Positions 39,360 through 53,057 of a stretch of DNA of 64,000 nt are shown one piece after another. Numbering within the stretch: position 1 is the first letter of the stretch; every line of letters starts with the position of its first letter. A program made the translations under genes and the position numbers. Source of the stretch: Takakia lepidozioides (taxonomy: Eukaryota; Plantae; Bryophyta). A model generated the notes under the pieces. That model searched no databases and was not told the origin of the DNA. It was given only the letters and a program-made list of their open reading frames with translations. The stretch spans positions 4,774,001 through 4,838,000 of the forward strand of contig CM060734.1 in the NCBI GenBank assembly GCA_030704615.1. Direction: 5' to 3'.

Positions 39360-41550
39360 TGAAGTCATGAATCATTGAAAATTAATCCTTGCGGGCTTGG
39401 AGGAGGTCTTGACGTGTCTCCTATTGACTTCACGCTCAAACTCTGGCGAGACAGTGGATGGTCGAGTCGAGGTTTCTCCAGCATTCCGGAGGTCGGTTGT
39501 CCCATTCACAGTGATCCTACGAATTCTGTGTTTGGCCCATGAGTCCCTGAAGGCCGCGTAAAGTGAGTTTGCGTTCCTAGAAGTCTGTTTGAGGTCTGCA
39601 CATCGTTTTAGCCAGGCAGCCCTGGAGTGAACTTGAAGGTCTTGGTACACTAGGGAAAGCAGCCATGAAATAGAACATGTAAGACCAGAGAAGGTTATTT
39701 TGCATCTGAAACGCCAAATATGCCAGAGGGTTGAACTTCTGATAGACTCAAAGACAGGACAACTAAGAGCACGTTGTTTGATAGTTCGATCATAGTTTGT
39801 TCAAAAGTAGGTCTATTGCAGAGATGTTCATGATATCCCAACTCCTGTAGAAGGATTTGATAAAGGGCCAGATTTCCATAATTCCAGAGCTACAGCAGGT
39901 GCACATAAGAGCATCTTGGAATTGTAGCCATTCCCCTACTTTGAGAACTCTATTTGCAATCTGCCACAAGAATGCAGAGATTTTTGTTGGTATGTATTTT
40001 AGCCAAACCGAGCCCCAGATTACATTCCAGTTTTTGTCCTGAAAGCCATGCATACCCCAACGATCATTCCACTTGGCTTGCATAGGAGGGGCCTGGGATA
40101 GAGCTTTATAGCCTTTTTTGTGGTGTATGCAAAGAAGGGCTCCTGAGAGCAAGTGAAAGTCCAAGACCATTCTTTAGGGTCAATTTGGAGTTCCATAAGA
40201 GGTCTTCTAGAGATCCAAACAAATTGATTCCGATGCAGACAATATGAATAGTTGGTGTTGGTTGTGGGTCCATGTCTTTGGTTGAAGATAGATCCTAATG
40301 GGGGTTGGAGGAAACAGGGAAATCCTTTCTGGCTGCCTGCTACGTAGAGAGAGCATCAGAGTAATCGTGTTTATGTCAAAGAGAAAGGCCATGTAGAAGA
40401 GAGGTGTTGTGTCTTGGACAAAGAGAACTGTGAGTCAATTATGGATAATACCAAGAGTCCATAAGTTGTGAGTAGGGGATGAGGGCCCAGTTTGAAGGGA
40501 CTGGAGCCAAGAGATGGGTATGGAAGCGATGACCGTGTCATACCCCTTGTTGACTCTGGAAGTTCCAAGTTTGTCTACCAAAGCCTGTCTCGAAACAAAA
40601 GAGAAGTTTGCCCAAAGATCCTTGACATGGCTGATTCTTTTCAGGTCCCAGGCCGACCATCTCTTAGCCTGATTGTGCTGGGTTGCTAAAGGTTTATTAC
40701 TGTTTAGGAAGAGATTTTGTCTCATAACCTCTGGACAATTTTCAGGCTCTACCTTGTGGAGGAAGGGCCCGAGCCTACCCCAAGCCTGCCAGATTGTGGA
40801 CCAGAGGGATGAGCCCGGAGATTTGTGTTTGAAGCCTTGTGCAATCCAGCTGAAGGATGGCTGCTAGAGAGTATTCCTCAGAGGGGAGGAGGCAGAGATG
40901 TTATGGGCGACAAGGAACTTCCACCAGCCTCCCTCCGGGCTGAGGAATATCCACATTCCCTAACAGTGCAGTGATTTGTATATCAAGATCCCAAATGCTG
41001 AAGCCCTTTTTTTTCTTTGGAAGGCATACTTGTTGCTAGGAAACTTGGGGCCATTTATTCTAGGCAGAAGCCTCTGCCCCCCAGATGAAGTTACGTAGCA
41101 GTTTCTTGACCTCCTGGATCTGGGAAGAGTTGGGCCTCCAGGAAGAGGCAAAATACCATATACTTGCAGATAAGACCTAATTTACGGCTAGAGCTCTAGA
41201 CCTGTTATGGACAGATGTTTGGAGCCCTAGAAGATAAGTTTTCTTTTGAGCTTTTCAAGGGTGGGCTGAAACTTTTGCTGGTCCGTAAGACCCAACCCAA
41301 AGGTGTAACCCAGGAGGATTGTTGTTTGACCAGGTTGAAGCCATCTGAGGCCCAGGTGAGCTCCCCAGACCGGGTTGATTCCAAGGGAAGAGTTAGCAAG
41401 GTCTTGTGTAAGCACTGCATAGGTTTTACCCCAATTAACCTTGAACCCCAATGCTTGGTCTAAGATGTTAAGAGTGATAGGGGCCACCCTTGAAAAGAGG
41501 CAGTAGCCGCAAGGCGAAGTGGCTCTTAGTTACGCCGGCTTCGGCCGGAG

Positions 41551-41592
<42 letters not shown>

Positions 41593-43050
41593 TAAGAGTG
41601 TCCGTCGCATTTTGAAGGTTTGCGGGAGGTGGTTGGAGCATAAGAAAGGTGTCGTCCACGAACATAGATTCTCTTAGGTAATCACGTGGATGAGTTATAT
41701 AGTTAGTGACCTAAAGGCCAACGATATCCATGTTGTTGTGTAGCATGTAGCCCAGGGAGTACTCTGCCACTATCAGAAAGAGGAAGGGAGACAAGGGACA
41801 ACCCTGTCTAACAGACCGTTGCAAGGGGAATTGAGCAGAGAGGTGACCATTGACGATGACCCTACTGGTTGAGTTGAACTAGAGGATTTTGACCCAATTG
41901 CAGAAGGATTGTGGGAGACCAATTTTGGAGATGGCTCCCAAGAGGAAGGACCATTCGACCCTGTCAAATGCCTTATCAAAGTCTAGAAGAAGCATAGCAA
42001 TGGCTTGTTTAGAGTCAACGGCAAATTGGGGAATCTCTTGTGCCAGGAGAAGGTTGTCCAAAATATATCAGCCTTTGATGAACCAGCACGCCTGTGCAGG
42101 TTTGTCTTGAAAAGGGACAGAAAGTGTTGGGATGCTAGCCAAACAAGCTACTTGGGGGTGGATGCGATGGCATCTGTGAGAGGATCTTTGATTTGGCAAA
42201 CCTTGAGACATTTGGAGAGAGCCTTAATCTTCCTCCCCCTGGCCTGAGCCAAAGCCTTACTCACACTCTGACTGGCTTTACAGACAGCACGAAGTTTGGT
42301 TTGAAAACTTTCAGTAGGGTTAAGACCTTCAGAGCTGGTGGTGGACCAGGTCTCTTGTATCCCCAGCTTAAAAGATGGAATTGCAAGGAGGGAGGTGTTG
42401 AGTTTGTAAAGTCCCCTCCCTCTAGATTGTGAGTATGGGATAGAAAGGGTAGCCGAGATGAGGGCGTGGTCAAACCCCTGGTAAATAGGTTTATGTGCGT
42501 CCCTGCTCATCCACTGAACAATATTGAGAGAGGCATATAGAACTCTGTCCAAACGAGCCATCTGTAGGTCAAGAAGGTCCCTATTGTTTGTCCAAGTAAA
42601 GAAGGGGTTGGAAGATGGTGAGGCCGAAGGGTCTGTGGTTTGAATTTCTATCAGGTTGTGTGTAATATGAGCTAGGGAAAGCCATTGATTGGTTTCATCA
42701 ATGTTAGGTGTAAAAGGACCCGTGCCTCTTCGATCTGCTTGTGACTCAACCATGTTGAAGTCACCTGCTAACAGCCAACAGTCAATAGAATCCTCTGCCT
42801 TCATCCTTGTATCCAACATTGACCAATATAAAGCTAGTCTGTCTGCTGGGGAATTTTGGGCATCAATATTGATGACACCAAGGGTCCTAGTATTGTTTGG
42901 GAGCTGAAGGGCACAAAATTGGACCCTGCGAGGGGACCCTAAGGCTTCTCTAGAAATGAGGGGGTGCAATGAGGGGGACAAGAGGATGGCGGTTCCTGCT
43001 TGGTACCTTGGGATGTGGGTTTCCAAAGAGACAATGTTTTAGGCAAGAGG
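39360..43050 (-). mobile_element. L1-type LINE ORF2 (APE endonuclease, RT, zf-RVT), degraded, 5' end cut by a gypsy LTR
   Basis: Endonuclease: WLLAGDFNMVE, FTWTN, ARLDR, FDHALI, YKLNTSLL. RT: LLLDFDKAFDRVEWSFL, RQGCPLSP, MFVDDT. C-terminal KISAFLWQIANRVL..CTCC. Confidence 0.92.
41477..41589 (+). mobile_element. 113-bp retroposed insertion (SINE or 5'-truncated retroelement 3' end) with (CT)n tail
   Basis: 11-bp TSD TGTTAAGAGTG at 41466-41476 and 41590-41600. It interrupts the LINE RT. Confidence 0.8.
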
Positions 43051-43055
43051 TGGTA

Positions 43056-46000
43056 TGTCAAGACCCGCTATTTTGAGGGAGTCCAGTTTGTGTTCCTAAA
43101 AAAAAATAATAGAATCCAGTTTGAGGAGCGGAGACAGCCATCGCGGCCCTCTGCCTTCAGGGCGGGGGGTCGGGACACAAGAGGGGCTGCCCCTGTGGTT
43201 GGGGCAGCGGCAACAAATAGGGATGGGGGCTGAGGCACCCTTGAGTGCCGAAGGCACTCAAGGAGGCGGAGACGCTCACTAGGTGGAGCCCCACAAACCG
43301 GGTTGCGGTGGGGGGACTCCACGTGGGTGGTGATAGCTTAGGGAGTCGTAGTGGGGGTGACATAGGACTCACCATGAGATTGACGCCTTGCGGTGGGAGT
43401 CGTGGGGAGTCTTGGGGCTCACCACGTTCCATTGGGGCCGTGGTGGGTGGGCCAAGACTCACCGCGACTCATCACAGGGAGTCGAGGGTCTTGGTGGTGG
43501 TTCACCAGAAAATGACTTGGCTATTTGTGAGACCCCCGCGGACACCTACAGAAGTATATATAGGGAGTAATAACCCCGAGAACGGTGCAAGCCCGTTAGT
43601 GACCAAAAGCTAGAGGACAAGAGTGTGAGCCGGAAAACTAAGGAGCTATTATGGACTGCCAACAACCAAAGGGAATTTTCACTAGGCCCGAACTGTTTGA
43701 GGGTCTCGTGGAGGAGCAAGGGGGACCGTTATGCCCCGGTGAGTAGCCGAAGCTTTGAGTTGGCCCGACTGCCAGTTTGGGAGTTAGGCGCGCGCATCAA
43801 AGCAAGTAACTATGACTTAAGGGGGTGTTATCAAAGTGAGGTGCACGACACTTGATATCAGAGCCTCGAGTTCAATACGCGACTGTCATTGAGATCGGCC
43901 TCACCATGGGGTCGGGCAAGACCAAGCGAAAGCGGAATGGCCCGAAAGCAAATGATCCTAGTGAGCCTGGTGAGGGCGACGCGTCACCAGAGCGACAACT
44001 AGAAGAGGCAATTTATGCTTCTGAAAGCGAGGCCGCTTGAGAGTGGGAGGAATCTGGGGAGTCGAAGCCCAAGGACTTTCCAAAGGCTCCGCCAGACCAA
44101 CAGATGCCTCCAATTTCAGCACCTTTTTGGGAAGGCCTTTTGGCGCAGTTTGGCGGGACACTAAAGGATGTGATGAAAGCGGCCACGCCACTTCCACTAA
44201 GGCAAAGTTTAAGGTGAAGCCTAAGGAGCCCGACACCTTTGAGGGCGTCTGAAATTGGAAGGCACTCAATACCTGGCTCTTGGAGCTAGAGCAGTACTTC
44301 CGAGCGGCCAAGTTGAGTGATGAGGATCGGGTGGAAGTGGCACCCACCTACTTGAGGGGCTATGCTCAACAATGGTGGCAGAAACGCCTTCATGATCAAG
44401 GGCCAAACCGAGAGACCTTGAGCTGGAGTGGGTTTAAGGAACTCTTGAAAAAACAATTTGTGCCCCTCAACACCTCCTGGCTCGCCTATGACAAGATGAA
44501 GAACTTGAAACAAACAGATGACATTCGGGAATATGTTCAGGCTTTCAATATGTTATTGCTCAAAGTCGCGGATATGGCAGAACCGAAAATGGTCTTCAAC
44601 TTTGTGGTGGGACTGGCCCCATGGGCCAGGTGGAAGTTGGAGGTACCAAAGACTTTGAATGAGGCAATTGAAAGGGCTGAATGCTTATCGGATGTCCATA
44701 GGGGCGAAAGACAAGGCCGTACGGAGCTGAACCACAAGAAGGTCCGACGGGAGGGTGATTCTTTCCGACCGGAAAAGAAGTGGGATAGACCACGCAGCGA
44801 CAATGGCTCATGGAAATCAAAATGAGGGCCTTCGCATGTCAAGGCGACACGTCCGAAAGGAAAATCAGGTGTGGTGGCTCATGGCGGACAGAAGACGACC
44901 TTTGATGGGGTGTGCTTTAATTACGGGGAGCCCGGGCACATGGCCAAGAAGTGCCCAAAGCCCTGACAGTTGAACATGACCCGGGCGACCACGGAGCTGT
45001 CGAGGCAAATGGGTGGAGAAGTCGATAGGGAGCCGAGCCCAGATTGGATCAAGGAAATCTTGGAGAAATACCAAGATGTGATGTCGGAGGATTTACCGAG
45101 CGGTTTTTCACTGCGAAGAGGGGTCGACCACATGATAGAGGTGATACCGGGAACGGAGCCGCCTACCAAGGCGCCCTACCGGTTGAGCCATAGGGAGTTG
45201 GTGGAGCTGAAAGAGCAGCTCAAGGACCTCATGGCAAAGGGATACATCCGGCCAAGTAAGTCACCTTATGGAGCCCCGGTACTATTCGTAGATAAGAAGG
45301 ATGAAACGTTGCGGATGTGTGTTAATTACAAGGCTCTAAACAAGGTGACTATATAAAACCGGTACCTTTTGCCAAGAGTTGACAACCTTTTTGATCGGTT
45401 GGCAAGCATGAAGTATTTTAGCCGGATCGATTTGCGCTCAGGTTACCACCAAATTCGGGTAGCGGAAGGAGATGAGGAAAAGACGGCGTGCAGGACAAGG
45501 TATGGGTCGTACGAGTTCTTGGTGATGCCTTTTGGACTCACCAACGCGCCAACGACATTTAGCACGCTGATGAACAGCCTCTTCCAGGAGTGATTAGATG
45601 ACTTTGTGATCGTGCACATCGACAACATCTTGATGTACTCGAAAACAAAGGAAGACCACCTGTAGCACCTCAAAAGGGTGTTCCAGAAATTGCAGGAAGG
45701 GAAGCTCTATGCCAAAGCTTCAAAGTGCGAATTCGGGGTCACAAAAGTGGAGTTCCTAGGGCATGTGATTACACATGATGGGATCAAAATGGATGACAGA
45801 AAGGTGAAAATTGATCTTGGACTGGGAACCTACGACTTCGGTCCCGAGAGTACGATCATTTCTGGGACTTGCCTCATATTACCGAAAGTATGTGAGAAAT
45901 TTTGCCAAGATTGCGGGGCCGCTGTCAGATCTCTTGTATAAATCCAAGGTATGGGGGAACACCTTTTGTGGCCAAGCTTTTGCCAAATTGAAGCAGCGGA

Positions 46001-47785
46001 TGGTGGAAGCTCCAGTTTTGAAGATCCCGGAGTTCGACCGCTCGTTTGAGATTCACATAGATGCGTCGGACTTTGCAAATGGGGGTGTGCTAATGCAAGA
46101 GGGGCGTCCAGTGGCTTACAAAAGGGTGATTGCAGCCTACAATGTCCATTTTTTGACGTAACTGCGTCATTTTTCCTGTACATAGTTTGTTGGTTTTTGT
46201 CTACAATCGTAGATTTCTATGAAATTTGTAAAAAGGGACTCACAACATTGTACCTATCTACATGTAGTATCTACCTTCCAAGACTTGCCGCCAAAAACCG
46301 TTATCTCTAGAAGTGATGGACTTTATGAAAGTCCATTAGCTTTTGTTACAGTCCACAAAAAACTTGTTATAGACTCATTATTTGCTAGATTTTGTAGCAT
46401 TTATGGTATTTAATTGGAAAAATGGACTTTGCCCTCCCTTGCTCTTATGATAATAGATCTAATGTGAGAGTTTTTAACATTTTTACTCATTAAACTAAAT
46501 TTTATGTACTTTATCAACCTACCAATAATACCCATTTTCATAAAGTCCTTTACAATATGAAAACCAAAATACCCCACGAACTGTCTTCATTAAATACAAC
46601 CATTTATTGTAGATGAAGGATGGGGCAAGGCCAAATTTTCAAAAACATGTATTTTTGTGATTATGGTCAAGTTTGGATTATGTCACCGACGGCATATATC
46701 CTCCATAACATCTATCTTTTTCCCATTTGAAATGATAGTATCCCAACAATAGACGTTCCACATGATACAGTGCAAGTGAATCCATTTTTTGGCTAATTTT
46801 CATGATTTTATTTTTATGGACTTTTATGTAGGCCACATCTTCAACTTTTTGGTCCACTCTTCGCTGCAACTACCCAAAAGTAAGAAATTGAATGAGGTGG
46901 AGAGGCGTTGGCCTATGCACGAAAAAAAAAATGAAGGCGGTAGTGCACTGCCTTGAGCTTTGGCGCCACTATGTTGGTTCCAACCCGGTGAAGGTGTTCA
47001 CGGACAATGTCACGGTGAAGTATTTTGCCACACAGCCTAAGTTGTCCCCAAAACAAATTAGGTGACAAGACACTTTGGCATTGTTTGACGTGGATATCCC
47101 GTACAAGCCGGGACGGGACAATATGGTGGAAGATGCTCTGAGTAGAAAACAACAATTCATGTTGGTGTATAAGGGCGAGACAGAGCTGTAGAGGAATATT
47201 CGAAAGGCTTATCGGAATGATGAGTTGGCAAAGTCCATGTTGCATGACTTGAGGCTAGGGGTTAAGTTGCAGTTCCACTTGCACAATGGACTGCTCCAAT
47301 ACAAGCAAACGCGTCTTCACGTACCGAAGGGAGGGCTCAGAGATAGTCTCTTGAGATAATGCCATGATGGCCCACTTGCGAGCCACGGCGGGGCCAAGTG
47401 CACCGCGACACTCTTGAAGAAAGAGTATTTCTGGCCCAAACTGAGGGAGGAGGCCCAGGAGTATGTGAAGACATGCACCACATGCCAGCAAAACCGGAGC
47501 GAGTACAAAAAGCAAGCGAAGTTGTTACAACCTTTGCCGATTCCAGAAGGGTCTTGGAAGAGTGTCTCAATGGATTTTATGACTGCTTTGCCGCTGTCAA
47601 AATGATTCGATGCAATCATGGTGGTGGTGGATAGGCAAAATGGGCCATTTCATCTCCACCAAGGAAACGGCAACGGCGTAGGAGACAGGGCGACTTTACT
47701 TCGCCCACTTCTTCAAGTTTCATAGACTCCCGAAGGACATTGTTTCAGACCGCAATCCAAAGTTTACAAGTAAGTTATGGAGAAA
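43056..47785 (+). mobile_element. Ty3/gypsy retrotransposon copy A: 5' LTR 43056-43850, PBS, gag, RT, RNase H, integrase (truncated, protease deleted)
   Basis: TGTC..GACA LTR, PBS TGATATCAGAGC (tRNA-iMet type) at 43853, and a gag zinc knuckle CFNYGEPGHMAKKC. Pol motifs: [40 protein letters not shown], integrase H2C2 and SVSMDFMT. Confidence 0.95.
46124..46875. mobile_element. Non-autonomous DNA transposon (752 bp) inserted in the gypsy RNase H
   Basis: TIRs GGGTGATTGCAGC / GCTGCAACTACCC and a 4-bp AAAA TSD. Removing it restores PVAYKSKKL. Confidence 0.8.
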
Positions 47786-47786
47786 C

Positions 47787-49600
47787 ACCATTTTAAGTAA
47801 ATGTGGACAAAAGAAAATCTGGACATCTGTTAAATAATTATAATTAATTAATAAATATGGAAATAATATTGTATTCAGTATTAACAATGCATTAAAGCTT
47901 ACAATTCTGGATTTTCTAGGATTGGTCCGAAAAGTAGCATCGTCCTTTGCAAAATAAATGACAATAGCAAGACACCTATGTTGAATTTGAGGAGATCGCT
48001 CGTGAGCACATTCACGGAGGGGAGATCTCCCGTGCACTTGATAGGTAGTTTCTCGTAACTTACGTGAAACGAATTATTCGATTACTACACGATGGTTTAG
48101 GGGAGAGAAGATGAGAGGAGTTTTTCCGTGAAAACGTAACCAATGCATGTCAATATCATATAAGAAACAAAATAAGAGCTTTAAAACCAGAATGGGTCGT
48201 GACTCGAAATTTTTGGTAGAAACGTTGAAATAATGTTTTTGAATTATTGAAACTTAAGGGATAGAAAAATCTTTGTCACATTGAGGACATGAAATAACAA
48301 ACGAAATGCATTGAACCGTCAAATACAAAGTCAGATACAATGTCAAATACAATTTCAAGTACAATGTCAGCTTGCTGCTGGTGCTCTCAGACCCCCCCCC
48401 CCCCACCAGGAGAGATCTCCCGTGCTCCATACGAAAAGCGTCGAGCCGTCAAATTAAAAGAATGTAAGATCTAGAAACATTCACATGAACTGGTCATCCA
48501 GAAATTAAAACTGTCCGGTGAAACAACAGTTATTTGTCACCCTCCGAATACCAAATAAGAATCCAGTAAATGTTGAACAGACGTCGAGACATAGCAGGGG
48601 AGATCTCCCGTGCTACAACTGAAATCAATAGCACAATCGCGAAAATACAATTTAGAACGTCGGCGTCATAAGGCGCCACCGTTGAAATCGGAATAGTGAA
48701 CGACATTCCGCTAGGGAAGATAAAAAGTTTTTGGACCCGACAAAATCCTCATCATCTTCAAAAAATGAAACATTTGCGAATCGTAACTATATTCTTCAAT
48801 GAGCTCTAAGAAAAATATAATAATCATGCTCGGAAATAGTCCAGTCACTGTAGCACGGGACATCTCCCGAGCACTATGTATAAGGGAGAAAACCATCAAC
48901 CACCATGGGAGATCGGCCGTCCGACATACGAAATGCCTGGAACTGTCAAACGGAAACAAAGTAAAATGTACAACCATTCACATCCACGGGTCATTCAAGA
49001 ATTCAAATTTTTTGAGTTCAGAACAAAAGCTATTTGTCCGCATATCAAATAAGAATCCAGTAAGTAATATTAAAAAAACAACGAGATAAACCACGGGAGA
49101 CCTCCCATGTTACACCTGAAATCAATAACAACATCGCGAGGATACAGTTTACAACGTCAGATTAAGAAGGGGCCACCGTTGAAATGGATATATAAATGAC
49201 ATTCCGCTAGGGAAGAAAATACGATTTTCAGACCCCGACAAATCCTTATCATCTTCAGAAAACGAACCAAATTGGGACTCATAACTATATTATTCAATGA
49301 GCGCTACGGTGAATGAGAATATTAATGATGTCAGTGTGCAATAGTCAAGTCTCTGTAGCACGGGAGATCTCCCGTGCTACGTGCGTAAAGGAAAATACAA
49401 TCAACCAGAACTAAACTTAACTGTGATGCCGGCAGTCAGGGTTCAAATCGCTAGAGATATATATGTTAAGAAATTGAAAGGTTGAAATGGTCGACACAGA
49501 GAATTCAAGGTCAACTTCTGATTGTCAACTTTGAACCTATCCAAATTTCAGGAAGAAAGCATTAAACGATAATAAGCTACAGCTGGTCAAAAGTGACAAA
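47787..49600. repeat. AT-rich element truncating the integrase, with two ~496-bp direct repeats and seven copies of the palindrome GCACGGGAGATCTCCCGTGC
   Basis: GACATTCCGCTAGGGAAG-like starts at 48702 and 49198. Palindrome copies at ~48019, 48408, 48596, 48850, 48905, 49092 and 49357. Confidence 0.7.
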
Positions 49601-50660
49601 AACGTTTCAGCAATAGCAGTAACCATTTGCTTGGATCCTTTGAGAATAGTGGGAAGTAGGACTGACCAGATGCGGTGCTTCAGCGGACTTTGTGAGCCTT
49701 GGCATTTGGGGTGGCAACAAGCTAGTTTTGTCTTGTTGGTGTTTATTTTTCCTTGAGAATTTTGGCAGTGTAGTTATGGTAAGGGATGGGAGCTTCAGCT
49801 TTGGCTTTTGGTGCTGCTGCTCATTACAATGGCGTTTATGAACCTCCGCTGGTGCATCTGATAACAAGCTACCATTGTGGTGAATGCTGACACTCTGTTT
49901 GATTTCTAGCAAGGGGTATTTCTAGAGGAACCAATAATGGTTTTTCCCTCTCTTTTCATAGGACTTATTGTACGAGCAAAGAAGAAGCTCTGATGAGAGA
50001 GGTAGTTGTTGAGAGTGGACTATGGAAAACGTATTGAGCTGAATATAAGGAATGCAGAATTCAGACCACGAGGGAATCATAAGTGTTGTTCACAAGGGGC
50101 GTTGTGTTTGAGGTCTGAGAGTGCAGATAGATGGAATTGATACTAATTAAGCTGCTGATTGAGTCACAGTAGTCTCTGAAATTTGTCTTTCAAGTAAGTG
50201 TTGTACTCAAACCCTTGAGGCTAACTGTGCTTAATTCTGTATCTTTACTGTCATATTGACTTGTGATTTCCAGCCAAGCCAATCTGTTTTGTTCAGGTAC
50301 AGCTCTTGGGTTACTCTATTTTCTTGAGTTATGACGACAAAAATCTAACTGTCTATATCACTTGGTTTTCAGTTTCAGATGTCTTGGTTATGGAGCTGGT
50401 GGGAACAAGTTTAGATACTAGTCGACAACCATTGTGGTTGCGGAATAGCCAGGTGTGGATGGAAGAGGAGTCCAGCAGCTCAAGTGATGACACCTGCTAC
50501 TAGACCAGGTACTTAAAGTAGTTTGAGCGGTTTAAAGATAGAGTGTATTTCCGTTTCTTCCCTGTACTGAGATGGGAGCACTTGTAGGCAATTACAGTCA
50601 ATCATCAAAGGCCTTAGTTTTCAAGTGCCTTATGAAGAGATTGTTCTATGGTCTAATTAG

Positions 50661-50770
50661 CTCTTCATGCAAATGATGCAGGAAAGGATGCAGGAAGGGG
50701 TGCAGCCCAACCACATCAAGTTTGTTTGCATTTGCAGTGTGTGTGCAAGCTTGGCAGCCCTGGAAAAGAG
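50661..50770 (+). pseudogene. PLS-class pentatricopeptide repeat fragment
   Basis: LFMQMMQERMQEGVQPNHIKFVCICSVCASLAALEK matches the P-L repeat junction pattern MQ.EGV.PN..TF...L.AC..L.AL. Confidence 0.6.
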
Positions 50771-52242
50771 CCAACCCTGAGTTGACCCTGAGCTGTAGAA
50801 AATCCCTATCCACGCTGGCATTGTTTATGCACACAATCATTTGAAGTAAAGATCTTCCTGGTATTTTGCACGCCTGTGATTGCTGGGTCATTTTTTATTT
50901 TCTTTAGTATATGTGGCCTTTGCTGGTTTGGTAGGATGTAGCATTGTCCACCTCATTTTGTCAATTTTCAATGACATGGCCACCTCCAAGGCAGTGTAAT
51001 AGTGATTGCTTGACATTGACATCGTTAGGCATTGTAGTATGTTCTTTTGTTATGTGTTGTTGGAAATACTACTGCACAAACCAGCATTTTGCAACTGAAT
51101 GGCATATGAACATCACTCCGAGTCCCTGGTCTGTAATGTAGAGCATTTATCTAATAGGTAAACCAGTGCTTTAAACATCATATGGTTGCAGATGCAACTT
51201 CAAGATGAACCACTTAGAGACCACTTAAAGTGGTATATCCCACTTGGACATCATCGATTGAGTGTTTTATGGAGTTATGTTCAGCACTCAAGAAACCACT
51301 TAGAGCAGCCTTCCATGCACCCGGCCCACCGTTCAAGGGAGGAAAGGGACAAAAATGGCCGGGTACACTTCTCACTTCCATGTATGGGGCTGCAGGGCCG
51401 GTTGGCGAGTTCCCGGGTTTGTAGCGCAGCCCGATAAAATGGGATGGGAGCTGGGCGGACGAGCTGGGCGAATTGATTGCAGCATGTACTTGTCTGCCAC
51501 GTCACATTAAATGCTCGGCGAATTGATTGCAGCATATATTTGTCTGCCACGTCACATTAAAGTTACGCTTACCTGCAGTGTCCTCTACCACCTCACGCTA
51601 AAGTCCAAAAAGAGCACCTGGCTTTTCGCCGAGCTCCACATAGAAGTGGAAACGTGCTCAAGAACCGGGCTATTTTCTCCAAGCACTAGGCAAACTCCTC
51701 TTTTTGCGGGCCGGGCTCCTCCCACATGGAAGGACGCTCTTAGTTAACTAAACATGAAGTCTTTTAAATAATTGCCAGTAAATTCGATTACTTCAAATTT
51801 ATCACTGCAAGTTGTATTAAACAACTCAGTTGCTGTGGCGCGCTCCAGTGCGAATGTACCACGTGGCTTTCCACGGCGCCTTGAATGGATGCCACGTGTA
51901 GTTCCCGAGCTCCGCCGCGCGCGAGACACAACAACATTAAATGATTCAGACAGGCCGGTCTGGAAGTCAGAAGTCAATGATATATCAAGTCAAAGTCAAA
52001 GTCAAATATCCGTGCGCTTCGCAAGGTTGTGCCACATGGCCCCTCTCGAAATTTCTAAACTAGTGTCCCTATTGGCCGCTCCAATGCTATCCTTTTTTTC
52101 AACCTTCAGGAACAGCCCCTGCCAGAATTTGGGGCCCTTATTGATATACTCTATTAATTCATATAGCTATGGTCCTACTTGTTTTGGGGGCCCTGATCAG
52201 AGCCCACTAAGTAGTAACTTAAACATTTACTACTATATGTAA

Positions 52243-52295
52243 CTAGTAAGGTGCAGCGCCTCCTTATATGGCCTCGGGAGGCGGCGGCCCCACCC
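52243..52295 (-). mobile_element. Helitron 3' terminus
   Basis: Minus strand shows a CGCCTCC...GGAGGCG hairpin, a short spacer, then CTAG followed by T. Confidence 0.55.
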
Positions 52296-53057
52296 CTTCA
52301 AGCGGGGGTGGAGCCTTCCTCAAGAAAGGTTTATCCTTTATGAGGAATGCAGATGTCTCAGAAAACATATCTCTTAATCTCTTTCAAACAACAGAATTTG
52401 TTTTCAAACCGAGTTGTTCTGAACTAGACTAGTACATAGAGTTCAAAGAATAAACCAAAACAATGGAAGGTCACCCCTGACAGAAACCTGACCCAAGGAG
52501 ATTGACTATTGTAACAGAAAAGACTTCCCACCCTATTGTGCACATAGAGATGTTGGAAGAAGCTAATCACTACAAGATATGCCAGTATGGAATGACATGA
52601 AGTTCCTTCCACTAAGGATCACCTATGATCAAAGAAAACTAAGCAGCCTGACTAGACTAAATGTGCACATTCCAATAATATATGCTTCCAGTTAGTTTGA
52701 GGACTTACTGGACAGAAAGATTATCACACCGTTCAGCTCGTAATGCCCATTGCTCCAAGGCAGGGGGGGGGGGAGGTTGGGTGGGTTACAGAATTGCAAC
52801 AAAAACAACCTTTAATTGGATTCTTGAACCAAAACAAATAGCCAGTACAACAATAGACGAACAACAACACACCTGCTGACCATTGACAAAGCCAGGCTTG
52901 CAAGCTGTGCACAACATCTCTGACAATCCTCATTAGCATCAAGTGACCTCCCTCATAACTCTCACACACTCCACATAGTTAGTTTTATTGAAATATTATC
53001 TTTCTAACTAGTTACTTAAAACTTGTATAAATCACTAAGATCTTGTTTCAGTTTCAA

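Noticed and set aside
41477-41550. Hammerhead ribozyme or retrozyme
   Set aside because: It has a multi-stem fold but lacks the CUGAnGA catalytic core.
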